From NCBI GenBank assembly GCA_038045945.1, contig JBBSXC010000003.1, forward strand, positions 32,001-96,000: 64,000 nucleotides of DNA, in the 5' to 3' direction. Made by a program: the position numbers and the translations under genes. The notes under the pieces were generated by a model. That model worked only from the letters and a program-made list of their open reading frames with translations. It did not search any database and was not told the origin of the DNA. This DNA is from Nanobdellota archaeon (GTDB lineage: Archaea > Nanobdellota > Nanobdellia > Pacearchaeales > GW2011-AR1). Positions 48,502 through 58,272 of this stretch are shown piece by piece (the first letter of the stretch is position 1; each line of letters begins with the position of its first letter).

Positions 48502-49191
48502 ATGTATTACAATTTTGGCACTAAAGACTCACTAAACTTAGGAGAAATAACTGTTTTAGGAATGCAAGTTTTAGAAGAAAGAGCACAAAGCTTAGGAGCA
48601 GAAATATTAAGTTTAGGAGAACTTGAAGAAACCCCAGAAAAGGGTTATACCGCTAAAACAGAATTAGACATAGGAATAAAGGGAGGGAAAGGAAGAATAG
48701 GAACATCAAAACTACAATTAGTACTATTCAGACCTCGTGATGGAACAGGAACAAGAGAAAGTTACGCTCTAGAAAGATTACCGCCAAAACTAACACCAAG
48801 AAGAAAAGACGGAGTAGCAGAATTATTCATGACTGTTGGAACAGGATACAGAAACATGTGGTGGCCTGGAATAAACAACTTAAGAGAATTAACAGTTAAT
48901 GCAGAATCAGGATTAAGAGAACTATACCCATTAGGGTTAGAAGAAGGAGAATGGGCGGAAATAGTATCAGGAAGAAAAGGGCTAGTAGCACCAAAAAAAA
49001 CAGCTTTTGCTTACACCCACGACTCAAGAACAGGATACGGTAACCCACACGCAATAATATTCTCTAATCCTCAAACAAAAAACTTACCAAGAATTGATGA
49101 TATTGAACCATTATTCCAATTAGCAGCATTCTTAAAATTTGAAGATGATAAAGGATTAGAAATAGTGGATAAACTTGTAATAAAAAGATAA
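48502..49191 (+). CDS. Hypothetical protein
   Basis: 229-aa ORF with upstream TATA-like box. Confidence 0.6.
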   Translation: MYYNFGTKDSLNLGEITVLGMQVLEERAQSLGAEILSLGELEETPEKGYTAKTELDIGIKGGKGRIGTSKLQLVLFRPRDGTGTRESYALERLPPKLTPRRKDGVAELFMTVGTGYRNMWWPGINNLRELTVNAESGLRELYPLGLEEGEWAEIVSGRKGLVAPKKTAFAYTHDSRTGYGNPHAIIFSNPQTKNLPRIDDIEPLFQLAAFLKFEDDKGLEIVDKLVIKR

Positions 49192-49204
49192 AAAAAGTAT
49201 TCTT

Positions 49205-51010
49205 TTATATTTGGTGTTTTAAAGTCTTTTTTTGGTCTCGATAATTATCACTAAAAGACCAAGCGCCATCATTTAACTCTGGAAAAATCAGTAATCTGCC
49301 CCTAGGTAAACCAGTAATTTTTTTCTTAAAGTATTCTTCCTGGCCTTTAGGATCGCTCGTAAAATAATGATCCTTAAACTTAACAAAATCATCAATTTTA
49401 CCTTCAGCTTTAAAATTACCAATGAGTGCAAGCATTTTAGAAACAACTAAAGGCATTTTTACAGGATCAACAACGAATCTTTCCCTACCATCCTCATTAA
49501 CCGATAATAATCCTCCGTGTTCTACAAAAAAATTAAACATCATCTTACGAGAACCAGCATGATGAAGAGGATTAACACGCAAATTAACGCCTATTGCTTG
49601 GAGCATTGAGTAATAACCCGCAACAACGTCCTCATTATCAATAATGCCATGCTTAGCCATTATTGGTAAAGCAAACATAGAAATTAGTTCAGCCCTAGCT
49701 TCTTCCATAACAGAATAATCCTTACCGAAAACAATTCTGGGATCTTTAGAAATAACGACACCACCGGTGGTGTGTCCTTGTTCATGAGCAATAGTCATCT
49801 TCATAGTCAAATCATAATTCATTCTTGAACTATACTTTTGCAGTTCTGACTTAGTCATCATTTCTTTAGCAACAATATCATAAATGCCAGACTTCCTAAT
49901 AGCTTCTTGAATATTACCGTAAATCATAAGTCTAGAACCATGCTTATCAATAACTTCTTTTTCGTTAGGTAAAGCCTGAGCCATAGTGTTGAAGGGCAAA
50001 TCATCATAATCACCGGACCAAGAGATAACATTAACAACTCTTAAATCAGGAATAGCTGAATCAACAATAACCTTTTTGTTTTTCCAAGGAGCAGTTGATT
50101 CTATTTCTGGTAGGAGTGAACTGATTTTTTTACATAAACCCATATATTTCTTATCAACTAACATAAGTGATGAAGCAGCCCCTCCCCTAACACCCTTAAA
50201 TTCATCAATGTAAGTTTCTTCAGCCGTTCTAAACTTAAAATCAATTTCGTGATCGTTCTTAAGCCAAGCAATATCCGAAGCAAAACGATGGACTTTAGAA
50301 CCAGATCTTAACTCATCAATAACAGCCTTAAGATAAACCAATAATTTTCCATCAACCAAAGGCAAAACTTCCTCTAATTCTTTAATGACCTTACTAATAA
50401 CTAACAAAAACTTTTTTTCGTTATTAACAACTACTAAACCACCACTTTCATCCCTAACAACACTAGAATTAATAAGTTCCTGATCAGAAAGTGATAATTT
50501 TGATAATTCCTCATGGGTTATATCCTTAGGATACAAACCTCTACTAGGCAAATGTTTTTTAGGAATATTATGCAAACTAGAAAACTCTTGCGAAAAATTC
50601 TTAACTAACATAAATTTTTCTTCAATTTTATCAGGAGTTATAGGAAAAACTATAGCTAAACCATCATGATCAAACAAAGAGTTAGAAGCAGATAACAAAT
50701 CTAAATAATCATCAACTGATTTACGATCAGGAGAACCAATTGGTAAGCTTTGAGAATACTCCTCTATAGCCTTGTAAACCTGCGTTACATCATGATCCCT
50801 CTGCTGAGCTATTATAGAATTAAACAAGTTTACAGCCTTAGACAACTTCTCTAAAACTAACAAAAACTTTTTATCAGCAGTTATGAGCTCCGCAGGTAAA
50901 GCAACCTTAATTAGAGCAGCGTTCTCCTTATCACCCTGAGAAGTTATGTAAGTTATATCTCTAATCTTTCTTGAAACATTCAAATCTCGCATTAAATAAC
51001 AAACAATCAT
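49205..51010 (-). CDS. Zn metallopeptidase, M49 (dipeptidyl-peptidase III-like)
   Basis: GLYPKD, ETYIDE, AQALPNE, HEQGH, EEARAE. Confidence 0.8.
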   Translation of the reverse strand: MIVCYLMRDLNVSRKIRDITYITSQGDKENAALIKVALPAELITADKKFLLVLEKLSKAVNLFNSIIAQQRDHDVTQVYKAIEEYSQSLPIGSPDRKSVDDYLDLLSASNSLFDHDGLAIVFPITPDKIEEKFMLVKNFSQEFSSLHNIPKKHLPSRGLYPKDITHEELSKLSLSDQELINSSVVRDESGGLVVVNNEKKFLLVISKVIKELEEVLPLVDGKLLVYLKAVIDELRSGSKVHRFASDIAWLKNDHEIDFKFRTAEETYIDEFKGVRGGAASSLMLVDKKYMGLCKKISSLLPEIESTAPWKNKKVIVDSAIPDLRVVNVISWSGDYDDLPFNTMAQALPNEKEVIDKHGSRLMIYGNIQEAIRKSGIYDIVAKEMMTKSELQKYSSRMNYDLTMKMTIAHEQGHTTGGVVISKDPRIVFGKDYSVMEEARAELISMFALPIMAKHGIIDNEDVVAGYYSMLQAIGVNLRVNPLHHAGSRKMMFNFFVEHGGLLSVNEDGRERFVVDPVKMPLVVSKMLALIGNFKAEGKIDDFVKFKDHYFTSDPKGQEEYFKKKITGLPRGRLLIFPELNDGAWSFSDNYRDQKKTLKHQI

Positions 51011-51094
51011 TCATTATATAAATTATTAGTACAAGAAAAATTAAACAAACCATTTAACAAAAGCTTAATAAACAAAAAAAAGTATTCTTTTCTA

Positions 51095-51589
51095 ATGGCA
51101 GAACAAGAAGTAGAAGTAATAAAAAAGATTTTTGAGGTGATGAAAATGCACCCAAGTTACCAAGAGCACCAAGCCGTAATAACCAGTGAAGAAGCAGCTC
51201 AAACACGCGGAGTAGAACTAAAAAGCGGAATAAAAGCATTATTATTCACAAACGGAGAAGGAAAAGAAGTATCATGGGTAATAGTAAACGTACCAGCAGA
51301 CAAAAAAGTAGACCAAAAAAAAGTATCAGAAGAAATGGAGTGGAGTAAAGGAAAAACAAGAATGGCAACGGAAGCAGAAGTAGAAGAAAGAACAGGATGC
51401 AAAATAGGAGCAGTACCACCATTCGGACACAGAAAAAGAACAAAAATACTAGTAGATAAAAAAGTGTACGAAAACCAAGAAAGTAACTTTAATATAGGCA
51501 CAAGAACACAGTCAGTAAGGATACAAACAAAAGAAATGAGAATAGTATTTAACAAACTAGAAGCAAAAGAAGGAGAATACACAAAATAA
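51095..51589 (+). CDS. YbaK/ProX aminoacyl-tRNA deacylase family
   Basis: TSEEAAQTRG, IKALL, TGCKIGAVPPFG, FNIG. Confidence 0.9.
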   Translation: MAEQEVEVIKKIFEVMKMHPSYQEHQAVITSEEAAQTRGVELKSGIKALLFTNGEGKEVSWVIVNVPADKKVDQKKVSEEMEWSKGKTRMATEAEVEERTGCKIGAVPPFGHRKRTKILVDKKVYENQESNFNIGTRTQSVRIQTKEMRIVFNKLEAKEGEYTK

Positions 51590-51888
51590 TGGGGATGCTA
51601 GACTTTTTAGGAAAAACAATAGGAGAAGGAGCAGCAAAAGTAGTAGAATCAGTAAAAAACGAAGCAGCAATAAGAATTAAGAAAGAAACACAAAAATTTG
51701 AGGAAAGAATAACAAAAAGAATAAGCGCAACAATGATAACATTCCTAGGAGTAATACTAGTAACAATAGGACTTGCATTCCTAATAATAGACTACCTAAA
51801 AATCAGCAGAACAATAACATTCATAACACTAGGAATAATAATATTACTGGTAGGAATAATAAAAAACCTAACAACAAAAAACCAATAA
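51589..51888 (+). CDS. Small 2-TM membrane protein
   Basis: Two hydrophobic C-terminal helices. Confidence 0.65.
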   Translation: MGMLDFLGKTIGEGAAKVVESVKNEAAIRIKKETQKFEERITKRISATMITFLGVILVTIGLAFLIIDYLKISRTITFITLGIIILLVGIIKNLTTKNQ

Positions 51889-51890
51889 GA

Positions 51891-52613
51891 TTATTTGTAC
51901 TTAGACCTAACTTCTCGAGCAATAGTCATAATTTCCCTAACCTTTGCCGGATTAACTCTCAAAGTAGTATCTTTACCAGGCTTAAAGTAAGAACCAACAA
52001 TTATACCATCACAGTTATCTAAAGTTTCATAACAATTATGCTTTTCAACACCAGAACCAGCAATAACAGGAAAAGACGGAGCTAAACGCTTAAAATCTTG
52101 TAATTTATCAATAGGAGTTTCCTCACCAGTGCCTTCACCAGTAGTTACGATAGCATCACAACGATCCATAGCAACTTTAAGAGAGTCAGGAAGAGTCCTC
52201 ATGCTCTCACGAGAATACTTAAAACGAACACCACCAAGAACAATAAGGCGAGGATTAGCTTTTCTAACATCAGACCAATAATCAAGATCAAAATCCCTAG
52301 GTTGAACACTATCAACCTGAACAAAACTACCACCATAATGAGAAGCTAAAGAAAAAGCGTCACCAATACGACCTAAAGCATTAACACCAACAACCAACTT
52401 ATTATCCCTCTCAGCAATAGCCTCCATAGCATCCATAAGATTATTCATATCACCATGAAAATTCTCAACAATAGCGCCATCAACACCCTCAGACTCATAA
52501 ATAGCTAATTCTTCCAAAGCACGAACAAGCTTTTGTTCATGAGTATCACCAGAAAGATGAATCATACCAATAACAGGTTTAGGAGTGCGAAAAACTCTAC
52601 GAAAGTTAAACAT
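51891..52613 (-). CDS. BtpA/SgcQ family TIM-barrel protein
   Basis: KPVIGMIHL, GVDGAIVENF, GVN, DAIVTTGEGTG, DGIIVGSYFK. Confidence 0.9.
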   Translation of the reverse strand: MFNFRRVFRTPKPVIGMIHLSGDTHEQKLVRALEELAIYESEGVDGAIVENFHGDMNNLMDAMEAIAERDNKLVVGVNALGRIGDAFSLASHYGGSFVQVDSVQPRDFDLDYWSDVRKANPRLIVLGGVRFKYSRESMRTLPDSLKVAMDRCDAIVTTGEGTGEETPIDKLQDFKRLAPSFPVIAGSGVEKHNCYETLDNCDGIIVGSYFKPGKDTTLRVNPAKVREIMTIAREVRSKYK

Positions 52614-52691
52614 GAAAAAACAATAATGATTATAGTTAATAAGTATTATTATTTTATAAGATAACGTTCCTTAAGGGCTTTGCGTATAAAG

Positions 52692-52886
52692 TTATTTTTT
52701 CTTTTCAAAAAAACTCCAAACTACATAAGCAAAAATACCAGGAGCAGACATTACTAACAAATTAGAATCCTCATTTGCCAAAAAAAGAAAATGAGCTAAA
52801 CGAGTAAGAAGAAGAACTACTAAAACAGCAATAACTTTCCATTTTGTTGGCTTAAAATTCATAATAAAAATACAAGATTTATACAA
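52692..52886 (-). CDS. Small membrane protein (start uncertain)
   Basis: MNFKPTKWKVI...YVVWSFFEKKK. Confidence 0.5.
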   Translation of the reverse strand: MYKSCIFIMNFKPTKWKVIAVLVVLLLTRLAHFLFLANEDSNLLVMSAPGIFAYVVWSFFEKKK

Positions 52887-52973
52887 TTATAAACATTCCC
52901 CCTTAGGTACTCAACGACTTCCTTGACTAAACCTTTAAATAATCCAACCGTTATAAACTTAAAGAAAAAAGAG

Positions 52974-53279
52974 ATGGCAACAACAGTTAAAACATACAAA
53001 AAAGACGGTCAGTGGAAAACTTTGCACGTAATTGAAAAAACGCTAAAAGACCACGTAATAGAATGGTTAGCAGCAATACTAAGCGTTATAGGAATACTAC
53101 TAAACGCAAATCTTTTCAACATAACATCATTTAACACTTACAACTCATCATTCTACGTTTGGACAGCAGGAAACCTGTTATGGATAACATTCGCATACAA
53201 ACACAAACACTGGGGAGTACTAATAACATTCCTACTATACTGCATAGTAAACATACTAGCAATAATAAAAAACTTATAA
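52974..53279 (+). CDS. Small PnuC/SWEET-like membrane protein
   Basis: EWLAAILSVIGILLNA, FYVWTAGNLLW; start at ATG 52974. Confidence 0.6.
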   Translation: MATTVKTYKKDGQWKTLHVIEKTLKDHVIEWLAAILSVIGILLNANLFNITSFNTYNSSFYVWTAGNLLWITFAYKHKHWGVLITFLLYCIVNILAIIKNL

Positions 53280-53695
53280 TGGCAAAAAAAGGAATAGCAA
53301 TAACAATAGTAATCTTTCTAACAGTAATAACATTAATATTAGGGCCAAAATTGTGGCCATCAATAGAAGGAGAAGTAGGACCAACAAGTGCACAAATACC
53401 ATTCTTGATAACACTATCAATAATAGAATCACTACTATTCGGAATAGGAATAGCACTAATATACATAGCAATACCACAACTGAAAAAAGTAAAAGAAGAG
53501 GAAAGAAGAAGAACATACTGGACTTTTGCATCAATAATATGGATACTAATATCATGGTGGCCACACGACAATTTACACAGACACGTGGGAATGAATTATT
53601 CAGCACTAATAGGGATAGAGTACGGATTCCACCTAACAATAATGTTAGCAGGAATAATGATCGCGTACTACTTCATGAAAGAAATAAAAGAATAA
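53279..53695 (+). CDS. 4-TM membrane protein
   Basis: Start MAKKG at 53279; SWWPHDNLH, IEYGFH. Confidence 0.7.
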   Translation: MAKKGIAITIVIFLTVITLILGPKLWPSIEGEVGPTSAQIPFLITLSIIESLLFGIGIALIYIAIPQLKKVKEEERRRTYWTFASIIWILISWWPHDNLHRHVGMNYSALIGIEYGFHLTIMLAGIMIAYYFMKEIKE

Positions 53696-53774
53696 TGATT
53701 AACATATAGAAACTCTATTATAGATGATTATTTCTAATAATACTTATAAGATGAAGAAGTAATAATAAGTTCAA

Positions 53775-54038
53775 ATGGAACAGGAGAAAAAGAAGAGTTT
53801 TCATCATGGACTGTCAATAAGCGACTTAGCACCAATATTACAAGCAGTATCAGGAATATTTTTACTAATCATAATTATAACAGTATTCTATAACAAAGCA
53901 ACAACGATAGACAACGTTTTCCAAGTAATAATGGTAATATTATCAATATTCATAATAGTTGTAGGATTAGTATTCATGATTTTTAGAATAATTTTTGTTA
54001 GAAGAAAACACAGAGAACATGGAATAAGAACAAAATAA
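53775..54038 (+). CDS. Small 2-TM membrane protein
   Basis: Two hydrophobic helices. Confidence 0.55.
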   Translation: MEQEKKKSFHHGLSISDLAPILQAVSGIFLLIIIITVFYNKATTIDNVFQVIMVILSIFIIVVGLVFMIFRIIFVRRKHREHGIRTK

Positions 54039-54064
54039 TTATTTTCTTCAGAAAACTTTCTTTT

Positions 54065-55924
54065 TTATTTAGAACTAATGGGGCTTGGTAAAGGAGCACC
54101 AGACATAATACTGCCGCCTAAAACTTGTTTCTCCAAACCAATAGTTAAGTCATTACGACCAAGAGTCTTATCAAGATAAGCACCCATAGCCTCAACGCCA
54201 GAAACACCATAATCAGCAGTTAACTCATGATAAGTACTAAGAGATTCAGGGAACTTATCAAAAGTTTCAGACTGACCCCTATGAATAGTACGCTGAATAA
54301 AACCCTGGTATAACTTACTCTTACCATCAATCTCAACATGCCAATCAACAAAACCAGAATTATAAGAATAATCAGTTGTTGGAGCAGGCAAAGGAACATC
54401 AGTCCTAACTCTTAAATCAATAGATGGAACAGGAGCAGGTAAAGGAACATCAGTCCTAACCTTTAAATCAATAGATTGAACAGGGGGAGGTAAGGGAGCA
54501 CCAGGCATAACACGTAAATCAGCAGTAGGAGCAGGTAAAGGAACATCAGTCCTAACAGCTTGATTTTTGAATAAGTCATCAGAAGTTAAAAACTCCAAGC
54601 CATTATCAGAAGCATACTTCTTCACTCTAACAGTCTCATCAGCCATTTTTTTAGCTAAAGCAACATCAGCCTTTCTCTCATTATCTTGAGAAACCAAATA
54701 GTTATGCAATTCAGCAACTTGTCCAATACCGCTATACTTCTTCTCTAAAGACTTAACAAAAGAGAAGTCCGGATCAGAATCAGGTGTAACATTAGCTGAA
54801 TAAATTTTGTCTAAAGCACTAAGAGCCCGACTTGACTCTTCATCAGACCAATAACTAACATCAACTTCCCAATCAGCCTTAACAGAAGACTCTAAAGACT
54901 TAGAATTATCAACCAAAACAAAACGCAAATCCTTAACATCAGAAGAATTATGAAAATCCATAGTAGGAACAGTTACAGCAGCAGGAATCATACCAGAAAC
55001 TTTAGAATCATCTAAAACCGTAACTATAGGACTAACAGGTTTAGTATAAAAATCATCATTATTCAAAGCTAAAGCCTTCTTGACATCATCAGTGTTATAA
55101 GCAGAAGAAACATCTTTGCCCAAACTAGAGTAATGATCAAGAGTATTCCTAAGCATACGAGTATCCAAATCAGTTTTACTAAGAGAAACATAAGAAGGAA
55201 CATCCATGGAATCAGTAGGTCTTGGAGGAATAACAAAGACTTTATCGCCATTCATAACAATATTATTAACAGGTTTAGGAAGAGTAACCTTATCTCTAAC
55301 AAAAACCGGATTATAATGCAAACTATTAAGATTGTCAATAACCTCATCAAGACGAGAAGGTTTAGAATCATCATCAGCTACAACAGAAGAAATACAAGAA
55401 CGATCATTACGATCACAAGAATTATTAGAACTAACACAACCAGAAGTTGAAAGACCCATAACACTACCAGCAGCCATAACAACACTAGCAGCAATACCAG
55501 TCATCCTCTTAGAATAATCACTCATAAGAAAAACGTTATTATTAACTGGTAAAGCATTAAGGGCAGGGCGAATAGTGTAGGCTTCTAAATGATTTCTCAA
55601 AGAAGAATTATTATTACCCAAAAAATTCATTAGCTTCTGAGAAAAATCAGAAGATATTTTGTTATCATGATTATAAAGAACATTAGTAATTTGAGAAGAA
55701 ATCTTATCAATGCTTACACCATCATGAATCCTAGAAGCAATATTAGCAATTTTCCTCTCAAAATCGTTAGTTGCGTTATTATGCAGACGATTCTTAACCT
55801 TTTCAACATCACTAACAACTCTTAATTCAACTTTAGGAGTATCTTTTATAACACCAGTTGCCTTAGCAACACTTTGCACAGCCTTCTTAAGAAAACCAAA
55901 TACCATTGTGTTACTATCATACAA
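54065..55924 (-). CDS. Large hypothetical protein with internal hydrophobic segment and Pro-rich repeats
   Basis: GIAASVVMAAGSVMGLSTSGC; VRTDVPLPAP x3, GAPLP x2. Confidence 0.7.
   Translation of the reverse strand: MYDSNTMVFGFLKKAVQSVAKATGVIKDTPKVELRVVSDVEKVKNRLHNNATNDFERKIANIASRIHDGVSIDKISSQITNVLYNHDNKISSDFSQKLMNFLGNNNSSLRNHLEAYTIRPALNALPVNNNVFLMSDYSKRMTGIAASVVMAAGSVMGLSTSGCVSSNNSCDRNDRSCISSVVADDDSKPSRLDEVIDNLNSLHYNPVFVRDKVTLPKPVNNIVMNGDKVFVIPPRPTDSMDVPSYVSLSKTDLDTRMLRNTLDHYSSLGKDVSSAYNTDDVKKALALNNDDFYTKPVSPIVTVLDDSKVSGMIPAAVTVPTMDFHNSSDVKDLRFVLVDNSKSLESSVKADWEVDVSYWSDEESSRALSALDKIYSANVTPDSDPDFSFVKSLEKKYSGIGQVAELHNYLVSQDNERKADVALAKKMADETVRVKKYASDNGLEFLTSDDLFKNQAVRTDVPLPAPTADLRVMPGAPLPPPVQSIDLKVRTDVPLPAPVPSIDLRVRTDVPLPAPTTDYSYNSGFVDWHVEIDGKSKLYQGFIQRTIHRGQSETFDKFPESLSTYHELTADYGVSGVEAMGAYLDKTLGRNDLTIGLEKQVLGGSIMSGAPLPSPISSK
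54381..54556. repeat. Intragenic 29-bp repeats
   Basis: GGAGCAGG(C/T)AAAGGAACATCAGTCCTAAC at 54381, 54432, 54528. Confidence 0.85.
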
Positions 55925-55985
55925 TGACTTATAAACCTATCCTTTAGCTGATAAGTATTTAAAGATACGAAACGCAAACAAACTA

Positions 55986-56417
55986 ATGGTTAAGGCTAAA
56001 AACAACAACAGAATGATGATTATTGGAACAGTTGTTATCCTAGCAATAATTATCGGGATAGTAGCATTCTCAACAATTTCTAAACCAGAACCAGCGATTA
56101 TACCAACAGATAATAATGACGCACCAATAGTTGATAACGGTCTTGACTTAAAACCTTCTGCTAATCAAGGGAAAAACATAGTTATTGGTGGGCAAAAATA
56201 CTTACCCCAAACACTAACAATTAATAAAGGCGAAACAATAGTGTGGGTTAATGATGACTCAATGCAACACACAGTAACTTCTGACAGTGGATCTGAACTT
56301 AACTCAGGAACAATAGGATTAGGACAAAAATATTCACACACATTCGAAAATGCAGGAACATACGAATACCACTGCGAATTCCACTCATCAATGAAAGGTA
56401 AAATAATAGTTCAATAA
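55986..56417 (+). CDS. Membrane-anchored blue copper protein (plastocyanin/amicyanin-like)
   Basis: HTVT and YHCEFHSSMKG type-1 copper ligands. Confidence 0.9.
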   Translation: MVKAKNNNRMMIIGTVVILAIIIGIVAFSTISKPEPAIIPTDNNDAPIVDNGLDLKPSANQGKNIVIGGQKYLPQTLTINKGETIVWVNDDSMQHTVTSDSGSELNSGTIGLGQKYSHTFENAGTYEYHCEFHSSMKGKIIVQ

Positions 56418-56484
56418 AAAACTACCTTCACCAAAACTCTTTCTTCAAAAAAAAGTTAATAAAAATAAAAAAGTTTTTGTTTAT

Positions 56485-57351
56485 TTAGGCTTTAGCTTTG
56501 AATAATCCTCTAAACCTAGACCAGAAGCCAACCTTAGCACCGTTATCTGAAACTTTAACAGTTCCATCAGCACTAACATTAACTTCTCCCTCACCCTTAA
56601 GTCTATGGTCCATTGTCGCAATGCTTAAAGTGTAAGTCTTACCTGAATCAAGCTTTAATTCTCCACCCCAAGTGCTAAAAGCACCAATGGCAGTCTTTTC
56701 ATCAAGTACTAAAGTACCACTAGTCTTACCCTTTAACGTAACGTTAAAAGTCATTTTTGTATCAGTCTTAGAAGTTAATTCTAAATTGTAAGCCTCATGA
56801 CCAACAATTTTTATAATACCCCTACTCTTAGTAACTTCAACATCTGATCCTGACTTAACATAGGACTTCTCAACTAACATTATTCTAGCAAAAGCGCCTT
56901 CATCAGCCGTAACAGCCCAACCCTCACCTTGCGAAACTTGAGCGAAAGTACTGGCCTTGAGTGTTGAATCAAGACTTGCAGAAGCATCAATATCCCTAGA
57001 CTGAGCCTCAATAGCTTCAGAGTTAGAAACAGAAACTTCCTCGTCATAATCAGCACGTATCTTCATAGCTAGTTCTTTAGAAGTTCTAGCAACAGCTCTG
57101 TTAGACCTATCAATAGCGACTCTAGCTCTATCTTCAATCCCTAAAGCACGGCCCCTAATTGATGAGTCAGCACTAGCACTAGCAGAAGTGTCAGAACTAG
57201 CAGATGAACCCGCAGATCCTGTACTCACACTAGTATCAGCATCAATATCAACTCCTGCCTGACCAGTAATGCCAGCAGCGCTAACACTGGCTAAAAAACC
57301 CATAACTAAAACAAAGCTAATAAAAGCAAATTGCATTTTTTCCTTATTCAT
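56485..57351 (-). CDS. Secreted hypothetical protein
   Basis: Signal peptide, S/A-rich linker, C-terminal GFWSRFRGLF; GGAGGT SD. Confidence 0.7.
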   Translation of the reverse strand: MNKEKMQFAFISFVLVMGFLASVSAAGITGQAGVDIDADTSVSTGSAGSSASSDTSASASADSSIRGRALGIEDRARVAIDRSNRAVARTSKELAMKIRADYDEEVSVSNSEAIEAQSRDIDASASLDSTLKASTFAQVSQGEGWAVTADEGAFARIMLVEKSYVKSGSDVEVTKSRGIIKIVGHEAYNLELTSKTDTKMTFNVTLKGKTSGTLVLDEKTAIGAFSTWGGELKLDSGKTYTLSIATMDHRLKGEGEVNVSADGTVKVSDNGAKVGFWSRFRGLFKAKA

Positions 57352-57510
57352 ATTTTCTATTTATACCTCCTTACAATTATTTGACAAACCATTAAAAAAG
57401 TAAAGGAAAAAATGTATATTAAACCTGGCCGAGACCAAAATGGGACTAATAATGAGACTATGTGGAGTATGAAAAAATAATACTTTTTTCAAAAAATAAT
57501 TTTTCTTTTT

Positions 57511-58221
57511 TTATGCTAACTCAATAATTTTGTTTTTGCCTTCACCTTTACGAACAATAAGACCCTTCTTCTCAAGCTCTTGTAAAACCCTGAAAAATGA
57601 TGATTTAGGAATAGAAGAAAGAATTCTCAAATAAGAACTACTAATCCTCTTCTTATCCTTAATAATACCAATAAGCAAACGCTCACTACTATTAAGAGTA
57701 GGCTCAATGATAGAAATCTTTTTATCACGAGTAAGACGACGATTATTAACAGGCTTTAAAAAAACTTTTCCTTTAGAAAAATAGTAGTAAGATAAACTAA
57801 TAATTATTAGAGCAGAAATAATAATTATTAATAACAAAAAAGTTTTTTCATCATCAAAAACATAAGTTATTTGGACACTTCCTTGAGAATAAACAACAAT
57901 GTTCCTAACGCTTGTGGAAACCTCACCATTAGTACTCTTAATTATAACATTACGAGGTAAAAAAACCTGTATTTCAGAATTATCAATACTTAAAGAAAAA
58001 TTCCAAACACTACCAACTTTACTCGTAAGATCATAAGAAATACCACGAACTTTACCATCAATGGAAGTAACGCCCAAAGGAAGAGGAACATCACTATCTG
58101 AAGAACCTAAAAAAGTAGATTTACCAGAAGAATCAACATGAACAACAATTTCAGAAGAAGCAAGAACTAAACCAGTTAATAATGACAAAATCACCACCAT
58201 AATAAACATTATCTTCATCAA
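57511..58221 (-). CDS. Membrane-associated transcriptional regulator (extracellular domain, TM, C-terminal wHTH)
   Basis: TLNSSER...IPKSSFFRVLQELEKKGLIVRKGEGKNKIIEL. Confidence 0.8.
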   Translation of the reverse strand: MMKIMFIMVVILSLLTGLVLASSEIVVHVDSSGKSTFLGSSDSDVPLPLGVTSIDGKVRGISYDLTSKVGSVWNFSLSIDNSEIQVFLPRNVIIKSTNGEVSTSVRNIVVYSQGSVQITYVFDDEKTFLLLIIIISALIIISLSYYYFSKGKVFLKPVNNRRLTRDKKISIIEPTLNSSERLLIGIIKDKKRISSSYLRILSSIPKSSFFRVLQELEKKGLIVRKGEGKNKIIELA

Positions 58222-58272
58222 TTTTTAACAATACTTCAATATTTATAAACCTGACACAAAATAAAAAAGAAA

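Noticed and set aside
54381-54556. CRISPR-like 29-bp repeats
   Set aside because: In-frame inside a CDS, irregular spacing, and spacers resemble each other
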